Assembly (NCBI GenBank): GCA_031276565.1
Contig: JAISMS010000060.1
Coordinates: forward strand, 1 to 59,815
Source: Holosporaceae bacterium
GTDB lineage: Bacteria > Pseudomonadota > Alphaproteobacteria > UBA3830
Length of the DNA: 59,815 nucleotides
Direction: 5' to 3'
Shown here: piece by piece, positions 48,341 to 58,244 of the stretch
How positions within the stretch are numbered: the first letter of the stretch is position 1
Layout of the letters: the number at the start of each line of letters is the position of its first letter
Position numbers and translations under genes: made by a program
Notes under the pieces: model-generated
Databases searched by the model: none
Told to the model about the DNA's origin: nothing
Seen by the model: the letters and a program-made list of their open reading frames with translations, nothing else

Positions 48341-48544
48341 TCACGGAAAATCCGTTCCGCCTTTGGAAAACGGGTTGCATCGCAATAATCGGAAAGCGGC
48401 CTTCAGCAGACCTTTTACGGGGCCGTATTTCCGTATTGCCGAAACTGCGTATTCGGAACAGGAGGGATAGAATCTGCATCGGGACCGCAAATGCGGAGAC
48501 AGAATCTTTTGGTAGATCCGTATCAGTGATATCATGATCTGCAT
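48341..48544 (-). CDS. yidD: membrane protein insertion efficiency factor YidD
   Basis: LIRIYQKILSPHLRSRCRFYPSCSEYAVSAIRKYGPVKG is the YidD signature. An alternative ATG at 48535 would give an ATGA overlap with the rnpA stop. Confidence 0.85.
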   Translation of the reverse strand: MQIMISLIRIYQKILSPHLRSRCRFYPSCSEYAVSAIRKYGPVKGLLKAAFRLLRCNPFSKGGTDFP

Positions 48545-48897
48545 TTTGAGTCGGACTTTAAAATCTTGTCGTTTAAAAACCGAACCGCCCGAACAACATC
48601 GTTCGTCAAATCGTTTATCCCGACGTTGCGGACGGATTTTCCGGCTATCAGGACGTAATCGACCCCCGCAAGAGCGATTTTTTCGAGCATCATGTCCGCG
48701 ACCGCACGCATTCTTCGTTTGCAACGGTTTCTGACGACGGCGTTACCGACTCTTCTGGAAGCCGTGAATCCGACCCGAAAAGCATCCAGACCGTTAAAAC
48801 CGCAACGAACGATAACGGAAGAGGTAAAGAAAACAAAACCCGATCCGGAAACGGCTGCAAAATCTCTGCTTTTTCTTATTCTGAAGTCTTTTTTCAA
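48532..48897 (-). CDS. rnpA: ribonuclease P protein component
   Basis: A TTG start gives MKKDFRIRKSRDF...RVGFTASRRVGNAVVRNRCKRRMR, the RnpA basic motif. It sits in the rpmH-rnpA-yidD order. Confidence 0.85.
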   Translation of the reverse strand: MKKDFRIRKSRDFAAVSGSGFVFFTSSVIVRCGFNGLDAFRVGFTASRRVGNAVVRNRCKRRMRAVADMMLEKIALAGVDYVLIAGKSVRNVGINDLTNDVVRAVRFLNDKILKSDSKCRS

Positions 48898-48904
48898 CTA
48901 ATTG

Positions 48905-49036
48905 CTACGCGGACAAACGAATACGGCCCTTAGCTCTTCTGGATTTCAAAACGCGCCCGCCGGCGGCCGTTCTTGCCCTGAATCCGTGTCTGCGTTTGCG
49001 AATCAATCTGCTCGGATTATAAGTTGGAGCAGCCAT
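48905..49036 (-). CDS. rpmH: 50S ribosomal protein L34
   Basis: This ORF is below the track cutoff and I translated it by hand: [43 protein letters not shown]. Confidence 0.9.
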   Translation of the reverse strand: MAAPTYNPSRLIRKRRHGFRARTAAGGRVLKSRRAKGRIRLSA

Positions 49037-49139
49037 GTCATTCTCCATAATCAATCGGTGCGGGGTCCAGTTTATTTATGACGGCGAAAATGTCAAGAGT
49101 CGACGCCGCGATTCCGACAGGTCAGGGGAGAATTTACGT

Positions 49140-49784
49140 TTATTTGCGGCCTTTTTCGTTTTTTTTGAGCATCGCGGCCAATTTCTCGCAGGTGAGTTTT
49201 CCGTTGTGCAGCGTTCCGTTAACGATGAATGCCGGAAGGACCAACACCTTGTGTTCGAATACTGCCCGCTGTTGTTCTTTTATCAGTCCCGCGGTGATTT
49301 CTTTGTTTCTGATGCAGGCTTCGATTGCTTCCTTTTTGTAGCCGGATTTTACGAAAATATTCCGAAGAAATTGCGGAGGATCCTCGGATTCCATCCATTC
49401 CTCCTGTCGGCCGAATACCTTATTGCAGAGTTCTTCGATTTTTGCGACGGAACTTCCCCCGAGGCATCTGATAAGAGCGGCCGACTCGAAGGATCCGAGG
49501 TCTTCCAGATAGCAGCGCAGATAAATTTTTGCTTCCCCGGTATCAACGTATTCTTTTTTGAATTTCGGAAGTTCTTTGTCGTGAAATTGTTTGCAGTGGG
49601 AACAGGTGAACGAACTGTACAGGATTACCGTGTTCGGCGCGTCATCCCGTCCCAGAACGATTTCCGGCAACCGATATCGGTTCGAAATCGTCAGCGTCTC
49701 GAGATTCTCCAAAAAAAAAGAGCCTTCCGGCAACTCTTCTCCGCCGAACGAACTTCCGCCTGAAACCGCCGATAACAGCAACAA
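49140..49784 (-). CDS. DsbA-family thiol:disulfide oxidoreductase; the 5' end is apparently frameshifted
   Basis: A thioredoxin fold with the CxxC motif FTCSHCKQF is present. The intact ORF begins at a TTG and lacks a signal peptide. A signal peptide can be reconstituted from ATG 49846 by a 1-nt change in an A6 run. Confidence 0.7.
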   Translation of the reverse strand: MLLLSAVSGGSSFGGEELPEGSFFLENLETLTISNRYRLPEIVLGRDDAPNTVILYSSFTCSHCKQFHDKELPKFKKEYVDTGEAKIYLRCYLEDLGSFESAALIRCLGGSSVAKIEELCNKVFGRQEEWMESEDPPQFLRNIFVKSGYKKEAIEACIRNKEITAGLIKEQQRAVFEHKVLVLPAFIVNGTLHNGKLTCEKLAAMLKKNEKGRK

Positions 49785-49842
49785 GGCGAATATTCCGATA
49801 TTCGCCCCATTGCGGCCGCGACGTTTTTTAAAATCAGCTTCA

Positions 49843-50928
49843 TCATACGTTAAATCTGAAATGAAATATGTCTCCGTCGTTTACCGTATAGTCTTTTCCC
49901 TCCAGCCGCATTTTTCCGGCGGCTTTGGCGCCGGATTCGCCGTTGCAGGCAATGTAGTCTTCGTAACCTATGGTTTCGGCGCAGATAAATCCGCGCTCGA
50001 AGTCGTTGTGGATGACTCCGGCGGCGGTCGGAGCCTTCGCGCCTTTGCGAACGGTCCAGGCACGGCTTTCCGTCGGACCGGCCGTAAAGAAAGTCAGAAG
50101 ATCCAGCAGGCCGTATCCTCCCCGGACAACCCTTGCCAGCCCGGACTCCGACAGCCCCAAGGACGCGATGTATTCCGCCTTTTCGTTTTCATCCGGAATT
50201 CCGGCTATTTCCGCTTCTATGGCGGCGGAAACCGTCACGACGGGGAATCCGTCGGCAAAATCCGCAACGGTTTCGGTGCGGGAATTACCGGACACGACTT
50301 CGTCCTCGCCGACATTGCAGACATACAGGATCGGTTTTTTGGTAATCAGATGCAGAGAATTCGCCAGGCCTGCCTCTTCGGCGGTGAGTTTCGCCCTGTT
50401 GAGCATTTTTCCCTCCTCAAGCAAGGCGATGAATTTCTGCAGAGCTTTTTTTTCGGCCGATGTTTCGGGAGTGTTTTTTTTGGAAATAACGGATTCGCGT
50501 CTTTTCAGGCTTTCCAAATCCGCCAGCATCAGTTCCGTTTCCACGACGCCGGCGTCGCGAATCGGGTCGACGCTGCCGCACACATGGGTCACGTCGTCGT
50601 TTTCGAAGCATCTGACCACGTGCAGAATGGCGTCCGTGTTGCGAATGTGTCCGAGAAATTGATTGCCCAATCCTTCCCCCTTGCCGGCTCCCTCGACGAG
50701 TCCGGCAATGTCGACGATTTCTATTTGAGTCGGCACGATTTTTTCGCTTTCGGCGATGGCGGCCAGCTTCGGCAGTCTCGGATCCGGCACTCCGATTTTC
50801 CCGATGTTCGGATCTATGGTGCAAAAAGGATAGTTGGCCGCTTCAGCTGCGGCTGTTTGGGTTAAGGCGTTAAACAACGTTGATTTTCCGACATTCGGAA
50901 GACCGACGATTCCGCAGTTAAATCCCAT
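49843..50928 (-). CDS. ychF: redox-regulated ribosome-binding ATPase YchF
   Basis: MGFNCGIVGLPNVGKSTLFNALT is the G1 motif. The TGS-like C-terminus ends ...DGDIFHFRFNV. Confidence 0.95.
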   Translation of the reverse strand: MGFNCGIVGLPNVGKSTLFNALTQTAAAEAANYPFCTIDPNIGKIGVPDPRLPKLAAIAESEKIVPTQIEIVDIAGLVEGAGKGEGLGNQFLGHIRNTDAILHVVRCFENDDVTHVCGSVDPIRDAGVVETELMLADLESLKRRESVISKKNTPETSAEKKALQKFIALLEEGKMLNRAKLTAEEAGLANSLHLITKKPILYVCNVGEDEVVSGNSRTETVADFADGFPVVTVSAAIEAEIAGIPDENEKAEYIASLGLSESGLARVVRGGYGLLDLLTFFTAGPTESRAWTVRKGAKAPTAAGVIHNDFERGFICAETIGYEDYIACNGESGAKAAGKMRLEGKDYTVNDGDIFHFRFNV

Positions 50929-51177
50929 GATACCCCCTTCGGCGAAGGGACAGTATAACGATTTTTGTCGGCGACGCGCAATCCGGAGGGCTCCGCCGGG
51001 CGGATCTTTTTCGCCTTCAGTACCGGCGGAGTCGTACGATTCAATACCGAAGCGTTGTCCCGCAAGATTGCGCCCAAAAACCTACGGGACCGCGAACCTG
51101 AAAAAATATCGTCGCTCTCCCTAAAACGGATTGGTGAATTTAATCAATGCAAATGCAATTAATTGTCAATAATAAAC

Positions 51178-51206
51178 TTGACATTTGTCTTTTTCCTCCG
51201 TACAAT
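51178..51206 (+). promoter_or_regulatory. candidate promoter upstream of dnaK (TTGACA-N17-TACAAT)
   Basis: ttgaca is at 51178..51183 and tacaat at 51201..51206 with a 17-nt spacer, about 125 nt upstream of the dnaK ATG. Confidence 0.45.
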
Positions 51207-51331
51207 CCCTTCTGCCGGCGGCAATGGGGCTTCCGGTCGGTCGGAATGCCCGTTGCGGGGTTTCGGTCGTTTGTTTTGCAAAATGCCTTCGGGGTTTTGC
51301 GTTTTTAATTCGCCTATATAAGGGGGTTATC

Positions 51332-53215
51332 ATGAGTAAAGTTATCGGTATAGATTTAGGTACTACAAATTCCTGCGTGGCCGTTATGGACGGCAGGAAT
51401 CCGCGTGTTATTGAGAATGCGGAAGGATTCAGGACCACTCCGTCCGTCGTCGCCTTTGCCGAAAGCGGCGAAAGACTGGTGGGGCAGGCTGCAAAGCGCC
51501 AAGCCGTCACCAACTTCAAAAACACGTTTTATGCGATTAAAAGATTGATCGGCAGAAAAAACAACGACGAATATCTGAAAAAGTATCAGCCTTCCTACGA
51601 CATTGTGCCTTCGGATAACGGAGACGCATGGGTCAGTTCCCGGGGAGTGAAATACAGTCCGAGCCAGATAAGCGCATTTGTTCTTCAAAAGATGAAGGAA
51701 TCGGCGGAACGTTTTTTGGGCGAGAAAGTTTCGGAAGCCGTTATTACGGTGCCGGCCTACTTTAACGACGCCCAAAGACAAGCAACCCGGGACGCCGGAA
51801 AAATCGCCGGCCTTGACGTTCTGCGCATAATCAACGAACCGACTGCAGCCGCTCTGGCCTACGGTCTGGACAAAAAGAGCTCCGGTCTGATAGCCGTCTA
51901 TGACCTCGGAGGCGGAACTTTTGACATCTCGATTCTGGAAATCGGAGACGGGGTGTTCGAAGTAAAAGCCACCAACGGAGATACTTTCCTCGGCGGAGAA
52001 GATTTCGACGAGAGGGTTATAAACCACCTGGCCGACGAGTTCAAAAAGGAGAACGGCATCGATCTGCGCAAAGACAGCATGGCCATCCAAAGGCTGAAGG
52101 AAGCCGCGGAAAAGGCAAAAATCGAATTGTCCAGCGCCATCGAAACCGAAATCAACCTGCCGTTTATAACGGCGGACGCGAGCGGTCCGAAGCATCTGAC
52201 CATGAAGCTTACGAGAGCAAAGCTCGAAGCCCTGGTGGACGACATAATCAGAAAGACCATGGAACCGTGTAAGGCTGCCCTGAAGGACGCCGGCATATCC
52301 GCGAGCAAAATAGACGAAGTCGTGCTGGTCGGCGGCATGACCCGCATGCCGAAGGTTATCGAATACGTAAAGAATTTCTTTGGAAAAGAGCCTCATAAGG
52401 GCGTAAATCCGGACGAAGTGGTGGCCGTCGGAGCCGCGATTCAGGGCGGAGTGCTGAAGGGAGACGTAAAAGATGTTCTTCTGCTGGATGTTACGCCGTT
52501 GTCGCTGGGCATAGAAACTCTGGGAGGGGTCTTCTCCCGTCTGATCGACCGGAACACCACCATCCCGACCAAAAAGAGCCAGATCTTTTCGACGGCCCAG
52601 GATAATCAAAATGCCGTCACGATCCGCGTTTTCCAAGGCGAAAGGGAAATCGCCGAGCACAATAAGCTGCTGGGACAATTCGACCTGACGGGAATTCCTC
52701 CGGCGCCGCGAGGTATGCCTCAGATAGAGGTTACCTTCGACATCGACGCCAACGGCATCGTTCACGTGTCTGCTAAGGATAAGGCCACAAATAAGGAGCA
52801 GGCAATCAGCATCAAAACTTCCGGAGGATTAAGCGACGATGAAATCGATCGCATGGTGAAGGATGCGGAAGCCCATGCGGAGGAAGACAAAAAGCGCAAA
52901 GAGCTGATTACGGAACGCAACGCCGCCCAGGAGCTGATCAACGGCGCCGATAAACTTCTGGCCGAAAACGGCGATAAAATCACGGACGAAATGAAAAACG
53001 AGATAAACACTGCCGCAGAGGACGTAAAGAAGGCGTCGGAAAGCGAAAATATCGAAGAAATCAGAGAAGCGTCCGGAAAATTGCTGAACGCCGTGTCCAA
53101 AGCCGGCGAGGCAATCCACAAAGCCGCCCGGGAATCGCAACAGCAATCTTCGGCCGAACCGCCGAAGGACGACAACATAGTGGACGCCGACTATAAAGTA
53201 AAGGACGATAAATAG
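51332..53215 (+). CDS. dnaK: molecular chaperone DnaK (Hsp70)
   Basis: Motifs [30 protein letters not shown] and [10 protein letters not shown] are present. The start follows AGGGGG at 51321..51326. Confidence 0.97.
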   Translation: MSKVIGIDLGTTNSCVAVMDGRNPRVIENAEGFRTTPSVVAFAESGERLVGQAAKRQAVTNFKNTFYAIKRLIGRKNNDEYLKKYQPSYDIVPSDNGDAWVSSRGVKYSPSQISAFVLQKMKESAERFLGEKVSEAVITVPAYFNDAQRQATRDAGKIAGLDVLRIINEPTAAALAYGLDKKSSGLIAVYDLGGGTFDISILEIGDGVFEVKATNGDTFLGGEDFDERVINHLADEFKKENGIDLRKDSMAIQRLKEAAEKAKIELSSAIETEINLPFITADASGPKHLTMKLTRAKLEALVDDIIRKTMEPCKAALKDAGISASKIDEVVLVGGMTRMPKVIEYVKNFFGKEPHKGVNPDEVVAVGAAIQGGVLKGDVKDVLLLDVTPLSLGIETLGGVFSRLIDRNTTIPTKKSQIFSTAQDNQNAVTIRVFQGEREIAEHNKLLGQFDLTGIPPAPRGMPQIEVTFDIDANGIVHVSAKDKATNKEQAISIKTSGGLSDDEIDRMVKDAEAHAEEDKKRKELITERNAAQELINGADKLLAENGDKITDEMKNEINTAAEDVKKASESENIEEIREASGKLLNAVSKAGEAIHKAARESQQQSSAEPPKDDNIVDADYKVKDDK

Positions 53216-53222
53216 TCTTTTC

Positions 53223-53257
53223 GGGGGTGCGCGTTTTGGGCGCCCCCTCCTCTTTTT
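53223..53257 (+). terminator. GC-rich hairpin plus T-rich tract between dnaK and dnaJ (attenuator/partial terminator candidate)
   Basis: gggggtgc (53223..53230) pairs with gcgccccc (53240..53247) including one G-U pair. It is followed by tcctcttttt. Confidence 0.4.
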
Positions 53258-53270
53258 GATGGGATTAACC

Positions 53271-54401
53271 ATGGACTACTATGAAACTCTCGGTATTTCC
53301 AGATCAGCTGACGACAACGAAATAAAAAAGGCCTATCGAAGGATGGCCATGCAGTATCACCCGGATAAAAACAAAGGAGATAAAGAGGCCGAAGCAAAAT
53401 TCAAGTCCCTCAACGAAGCCTATGAAACTCTGAAGGATCCTCAAAAAAGAGCTGCCTATGATCGTTTCGGCCACGACGCCTATAAAAACGCCTCTGCGGG
53501 CGGAGGCGGAACCGGCGGCGGCGGATTTTCTTCCCAGGGCTTCAGCTTCAGTTTCGGCGGATCGCCGTTTTCCGACATATTCGAGGAATATTTCACCGCA
53601 GGCGCCGGATACGAGCGGGCCGAAATGCGCGGCAACGATCTGCGTTATGATACTTCAATAACCCTGGAAGAAGCGTTCCGCGGAAAAGAAATAGAGCTGG
53701 CCCTGCGCGTAAACGTGAAATGCGACGCCTGCGGCGGAACCGGTTCCGAGGGCGGTACAAAGCCGAAAACCTGCCCTTCCTGTCGGGGATCCGGGAGAAT
53801 GCACTTCTCTCAAGGGTTTTTTTCCATAGAAAAGACCTGTCCGGCCTGCAACGGCACGGGGCATATCATAGAACGCTCCTGTCCTGACTGTCGCGGAGCC
53901 GGAAGAGTGAACAAATCCAAAATTTTAAAGGTTTCGATTCCGGCCGGCATCGATAACGGAGCGAGAATCAAGCTGACCGGCGAAGGAGAAGCCGGCATTC
54001 GCGGCGGAAGTTCCGGGGATCTCTACGTTTTTGTTTCCGTTAAGCCGCATAAACTGTTCAGCCGCGAGGGAAACGCCATACATTGCGAAGTGCCGGTGTC
54101 TTTTGTAACCGCAGCCCTCGGAGGAGAAGTGGAAGTCCCGGCCATAGACGGGAAAAAAGCGACGGTCAAAGTCCCGGCGGGCACCCAGTCCGGACAAATT
54201 TTGAAACTGAGAGGAAAAGGCATGCCGACGGTCAGGAGCGCCACCCGAGGAGATATGCTGGTACACATATCGGTAGAAACTCCGGTAAATCTCACCGAGC
54301 GCCAGAAGAAATTGCTGAGCGAATTTGAAGAAACTCCGAATACCAGTCCGAAATCAAGCGGATTCTTTGCAAAAGTAAAAGAGTTTTGGCAGGAGCTGTG
54401 A
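53271..54401 (+). CDS. dnaJ: molecular chaperone DnaJ
   Basis: The J domain (DYYETLGISRSADDNEIKKAYRRMAMQYHPDKN), a G/F region and four CxxCxGxG zinc-finger repeats are present. Confidence 0.95.
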   Translation: MDYYETLGISRSADDNEIKKAYRRMAMQYHPDKNKGDKEAEAKFKSLNEAYETLKDPQKRAAYDRFGHDAYKNASAGGGGTGGGGFSSQGFSFSFGGSPFSDIFEEYFTAGAGYERAEMRGNDLRYDTSITLEEAFRGKEIELALRVNVKCDACGGTGSEGGTKPKTCPSCRGSGRMHFSQGFFSIEKTCPACNGTGHIIERSCPDCRGAGRVNKSKILKVSIPAGIDNGARIKLTGEGEAGIRGGSSGDLYVFVSVKPHKLFSREGNAIHCEVPVSFVTAALGGEVEVPAIDGKKATVKVPAGTQSGQILKLRGKGMPTVRSATRGDMLVHISVETPVNLTERQKKLLSEFEETPNTSPKSSGFFAKVKEFWQEL

Positions 54402-54469
54402 TAATGCCGAATACATACCGGAGGAGAAGGATAAGCGCCCCGGCCTTTTCTCCGCAGAAAACGTAAAGG

Positions 54470-54495
54470 AAAAGCCGCCCGCGCGGGCGGCTTTT
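54470..54495. terminator. bidirectional rho-independent terminator between dnaJ and the convergent OMP gene
   Basis: The sequence is aaaa-gccgccc-gcgc-gggcggc-tttt, a perfect 7-bp GC stem flanked by A and T runs. Confidence 0.65.
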
Positions 54496-54530
54496 CAAGC
54501 AGGCGTCTTGTTTTCTCCGTAAACGCGAGG

Positions 54531-55289
54531 TTAACGTATCACGTTGTAGGAGCATAGAGCGCGTATATTGAAGCCCCGATTGAACTTAATTTTCAACCAG
54601 TTTTCCTGACCGGCATCGGTGAGATCGATCTTCTTATTGTTACTTCCGAACGAATATTCTCCTTCAAAACGAGCCGAAAATTTCTTGGAGAAAGATTTAT
54701 CTATACCGAGAGCAACGGAGTAGCCGGCTTTACTTGTATCCCACTCTTTGCCCTGCGTGAAGCCTTCCGCTTTTACCCTCGGGAATGACACCGCCGGCTT
54801 AACGTAGAACATCCATCCTTTCCTCACATAGCCGAGTCTCAGGGCTAACCCCGGAGTAATACCTCTGGTCTTAATTTTTAAATCACTCTCGACACTATCT
54901 TTATCCGACACCAACACGTCGCTGCAGGATTTCGCAAAATCAATCAAACCTTCGCCGCCGAGATAGAAACGTTTACAAAAAGTCCATCCTCCGCCCAAGG
55001 CGACGGTGCCGAAAAAGCGATTTAAAGTCAAACGATCCGCCAAAGTAAATCTGTCCCCTAAGCCGTCCGTAACCGGCTCTTTCAAAGAGGATTTATGTTT
55101 CAGAAAACTTCCCCCCAAACCGAGGCTGAGATAAATCCCTTTAAAAGATTTGCCGCCGTGAGTTTTTTTGTGGTGGGCGCGAACCGCATTCTTTTCGGCA
55201 ACCGCCTCATTTTTTTTGGCAGCGGCTTCCTCCACACCCGCGGAAAAAACAGCTAATCCCAATATGGCCGTAAGTATTGTTTTTTTCAT
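54531..55289 (-). CDS. small outer-membrane beta-barrel protein (Omp25/OmpA-like or WSP-like), paralogue 1
   Basis: It has the signal peptide MKKTILTAILGLAVFSAGVEEAAA and alternating amphipathic beta-strand pattern. It shares blocks with the 55609..56313 product. Confidence 0.6.
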   Translation of the reverse strand: MKKTILTAILGLAVFSAGVEEAAAKKNEAVAEKNAVRAHHKKTHGGKSFKGIYLSLGLGGSFLKHKSSLKEPVTDGLGDRFTLADRLTLNRFFGTVALGGGWTFCKRFYLGGEGLIDFAKSCSDVLVSDKDSVESDLKIKTRGITPGLALRLGYVRKGWMFYVKPAVSFPRVKAEGFTQGKEWDTSKAGYSVALGIDKSFSKKFSARFEGEYSFGSNNKKIDLTDAGQENWLKIKFNRGFNIRALCSYNVIR

Positions 55290-55543
55290 TGTGATCTCCT
55301 TTTACTAATACGGAAAGCATACATCGTTGTTGAAGTGTCGGCAATTTTTTATCATGCTATTGTAAAACAATGTGACATAAAAAACACAAAAAATTACGGC
55401 AGATTTGATAAATAAGAACAAAAATCAACAATAATCATCTGAAAAATTCATCGGAAATCGAAACTGTAAAACCCCGCTCCGAAGGACGGTTTTTCCAAAA
55501 GAATCGATTTGTCCGATTCACGTTGTCGGAATCGAGAGATTAT

Positions 55544-55571
55544 AAAAAAACCGCCCCGAAGGGCGGTTTTT
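55544..55571 (-). terminator. rho-independent terminator downstream of OMP paralogue 2
   Basis: The sequence is aaaaaaa-ccgccc-cgaa-gggcgg-ttttt. A second weaker hairpin (ccgctccgaaggacgg + ttttt) follows about 60 nt further on. Confidence 0.65.
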
Positions 55572-55608
55572 AAGAACAATGACGCCAAGCGTCTTTAGTT
55601 CGGGGACA

Positions 55609-56313
55609 CTAGTGCAATATGTTATAGGACACGAGAGCACGCACATTAATTCCTTTGCCGACCTTAAAACCGAAAGCACCTTCCTTAGCGGTATGCTTTT
55701 CATTTCTCCTAAACGCATATTCTCCCTCGAGACGAGCCGAGAATTTTTTGCAGAAGGATCTGTCCACCCCCAAAGCAACGGAGTATCCTGCCTTAGATAC
55801 GGCATATTTTTCATCCTCTATTTGATAAGTCACCTTCGGAAACAATACCGCCGGCTTCACGTAGAACATCCACCCCTTGGTTACGTACCCGAATCTCAGC
55901 GCAAATTCCGGAACAACCCCTCTGGTCTTGGCGCTAACTCCGCCCGCAATGCTTCTATTTACGGATCTGCCAAAGTCAACCAAACATTCGCTTCCGAAGT
56001 AAAAACGCTTGCAGAAAGTCCATCCGCTGCCTATGGCAAAGGTACCGAAGAAACGATCAGTGTTATGCTCAAAATTCAAGACCCTACCTTCCGACTCTTC
56101 TTCCTCGTCTCCTAACTCGACTCTTGACTCGACTCTTGACTCGACTCTTGCCCAATTTTTATTTGTCAAGAAACTTCCGCCTGCTCCGAGGCTCAGATAA
56201 ACCCCGTGAAACGGCGACGCTTCCGAAGACGATACGTCTTCGACAACGACTTCTTCCGCACCTGCGGAAAAACCGACAACTCCTAATACTGCCGTAAATA
56301 ACAATCTTTTCAT
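55609..56313 (-). CDS. small outer-membrane beta-barrel protein, paralogue 2
   Basis: The signal peptide is MKRLLFTAVLGVVGFSAGA. Blocks shared with paralogue 1 are FFGT.A.G.GWTFCKRFY.G.E.L.DF, GYV.KGWMFYVKPAV.FP.V and KAGYSVALG.D.SF.KKFSAR.EGEY.F. Confidence 0.6.
   Translation of the reverse strand: MKRLLFTAVLGVVGFSAGAEEVVVEDVSSSEASPFHGVYLSLGAGGSFLTNKNWARVESRVESRVELGDEEEESEGRVLNFEHNTDRFFGTFAIGSGWTFCKRFYFGSECLVDFGRSVNRSIAGGVSAKTRGVVPEFALRFGYVTKGWMFYVKPAVLFPKVTYQIEDEKYAVSKAGYSVALGVDRSFCKKFSARLEGEYAFRRNEKHTAKEGAFGFKVGKGINVRALVSYNILH
56115..56150 (-). repeat. 3 x 12-bp in-frame tandem repeat (RVES)3 in OMP paralogue 2
   Basis: actcgactcttg occurs three times, read directly. The repeat is absent from paralogue 1. 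Confidence 0.9.
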
Positions 56314-56445
56314 GTATAACCTCTATGTTGTTTATGATTGGAGTATATTCTTTACTTGAGGTAACGGCAATTTTTGTTCCTCATTATTGTTTGTCGTGTT
56401 GCAATAAAAACACCTGCAGTTGCATTAAATGCAATTAAAATTCGA

Positions 56446-57363
56446 TTAAACGGCCCGGTTAAAAAGCAGATAATGCAGCTTCTTTATCTCTGTGCGCGAC
56501 TTGGCAACGCTGTCGCTGATAATTCCGCACATAAGACTCAGAAATGAAACAATCATTATGCCGGTTGAAAGAATTGCCGTCGGCAGGCGCGGTACCAGTC
56601 CGGTTTCGACAAATTTTACTATTATCGGATATGCTGTTGCCGAAGAAAGCGCAAACAGCAAAAGAGAAACGGCGCCGAAGAAAAACAAAGGTCTCGTTTC
56701 CTTCAGCAGTTTTAATATTTTTGCAAGGATTTTAAATCCGTCTTTAAATGTGCTCAATTTGCTGTAAGAACAGGCCGGCCTTTCCAGATAAACCGATTCG
56801 ATCTCCGCAAAAGGTATGTTCAGGGTGAGAGCATGAATTGACAGTTCCGCTTCTATGTCGAATCCGTCGGCGGTTACGGGGAATGTTTTCACGAATCTTC
56901 TGGAAAAAACCCGATAACCGGAAAAAATATCCCGAAACGTGCTGTGAAACAACATTTTCATAATGAAATTAAATAAACGGTTCCCGAATTTATGGCCGAC
57001 TCTGTAGGCGGCTTCGCTTTTTTCTTTGCGGACGGCGACCACCATGTCCGCTTTTTCCTCCGTCAGAGCGTTTATCATTTTTCGCGCATCTTCCGCTCTG
57101 TAGGTGGAGTCTCCGTCCGCCATGACGTAAACATCAGCATCTATGTCCGCAAACATTTTACGGACGACGTTGCCTTTGCCTCTGATTTTCGAGGGGACAA
57201 CGACGGCGCCGGCATTTCTGGCTATTTCGGCGGTTTCGTCTTCGGAACAATTGTCGTACACATAAACGGTTGCCTCGGGTAAATGCTTTCGAAAGGAAGC
57301 GACGACCTCGCCCACGGTACCGGCTTCGTTATAACAGGGGATCAATACGGCTATATTCCTCAT
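56446..57363 (-). CDS. family 2 glycosyltransferase with C-terminal TM segments (polyprenyl-phosphate sugar synthase-like, ArnC/GtrB/DPM1 type)
   Basis: Motifs AVLIPCYNEAGTVGEVV, VYDNCSEDET and MADGDSTY (DxD) are present, plus two C-terminal hydrophobic helices. Confidence 0.8.
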   Translation of the reverse strand: MRNIAVLIPCYNEAGTVGEVVASFRKHLPEATVYVYDNCSEDETAEIARNAGAVVVPSKIRGKGNVVRKMFADIDADVYVMADGDSTYRAEDARKMINALTEEKADMVVAVRKEKSEAAYRVGHKFGNRLFNFIMKMLFHSTFRDIFSGYRVFSRRFVKTFPVTADGFDIEAELSIHALTLNIPFAEIESVYLERPACSYSKLSTFKDGFKILAKILKLLKETRPLFFFGAVSLLLFALSSATAYPIIVKFVETGLVPRLPTAILSTGIMIVSFLSLMCGIISDSVAKSRTEIKKLHYLLFNRAV

Positions 57364-57694
57364 GGTCGTATGGAATCATAAAACGGTTTATAAATTATTA
57401 ACAAAAAAGCGATGTGTCGCGTTTTGCAGAGACCGAAGCAGAATCCGGGCAATGCAAAACGTTTATTTTCGATCTTCCTTTTTTTCTTTCTCGATAAGGA
57501 AGGATTTCATAATTCTTTCGTATTTGAACGGCTTTAATTTGGGACGGCCGACGGTCGTCCTTTTTTTCTTTTTCGTTGACGACTTCGCCAGCAAAATGTC
57601 TTTCAGGTATATAATTTCCGACATGCCATTATCCTTTCATCGGGTTCCATGGTATGATGTTTTGGTAAAATTATGTTTAAGATCCGAGAGAAAA

Positions 57695-58144
57695 ATGCGA
57701 TTTTCGGCGGGATATTTTATGGAGGCGGCCGTCGAAGAAGCTTTGCGGGCCGAATCAGAGGGGTCCGTTCCCGTCGGAGCGGTTGCGGTTGCGGATAATA
57801 AAATAATAGCGGCCGCCGGAAACGAAGTGATAAGAACTTCCGATCCCACAGCCCATGCCGAAATTCTGGTCATCCGAAGAGCTTGCGCGTTTTTCGGCTC
57901 TCCCGTCGTCGAGCAATGCGATATATATGTCACCCTGGAGCCGTGCCCCATGTGCCTCGAGGCGATTTTTCTGTCGAGAGTTCGTCGATTATACTTCGGA
58001 GCCCGCGACACGAAACGAACGAGGCTTGAAAAATCCGACGATCCCGGGAATCGATCGTTCGCCGGAACGGAGATCATCGGCGGAATCATGGAAACGCGCT
58101 GCGGAGATATCTTGCGGAACTTCTTCGCGAAAAGAAGAGAATGA
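57695..58144 (+). CDS. tadA: tRNA-specific adenosine deaminase
   Basis: The deaminase zinc motifs are HAEILVIRRA and TLEPCPMCLEAI. The start was set to ATG 57695 within the longer ORF 57362..58144. Confidence 0.85.
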   Translation: MRFSAGYFMEAAVEEALRAESEGSVPVGAVAVADNKIIAAAGNEVIRTSDPTAHAEILVIRRACAFFGSPVVEQCDIYVTLEPCPMCLEAIFLSRVRRLYFGARDTKRTRLEKSDDPGNRSFAGTEIIGGIMETRCGDILRNFFAKRRE

Positions 58145-58244
58145 GCCTCCGAAAGACTTCTTTTTTCCGGCATATGACGGACCTCTCCGCCAATTCGTCT
58201 TGATAATTTTGCGTTTTCCCTGTATTAATCGGTTGTGAAAAAGG

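Noticed and set aside
51177-51206. I considered an RpoH (sigma32) heat-shock promoter assignment for the dnaK upstream element.
   Set aside because: The element matches the sigma70 consensus (TTGACA-N17-TACAAT) better than the alphaproteobacterial CTTG-N17-CYTAT-NT pattern. I report it only as a generic candidate promoter.
51356-52765. A 469-aa ORF lies antisense to dnaK. Similar long antisense ORFs lie opposite ychF (49591..50865), mreB (15551..16432), cckA (21190..22017) and the 40170..41669 gene (40185..41060).
   Set aside because: The sense frames carry unmistakable family motifs. The antisense products are low-complexity, Arg/Gly/Val-rich and lack start context. Long shadow ORFs opposite highly biased genes, hsp70 in particular, are a known compositional artefact.
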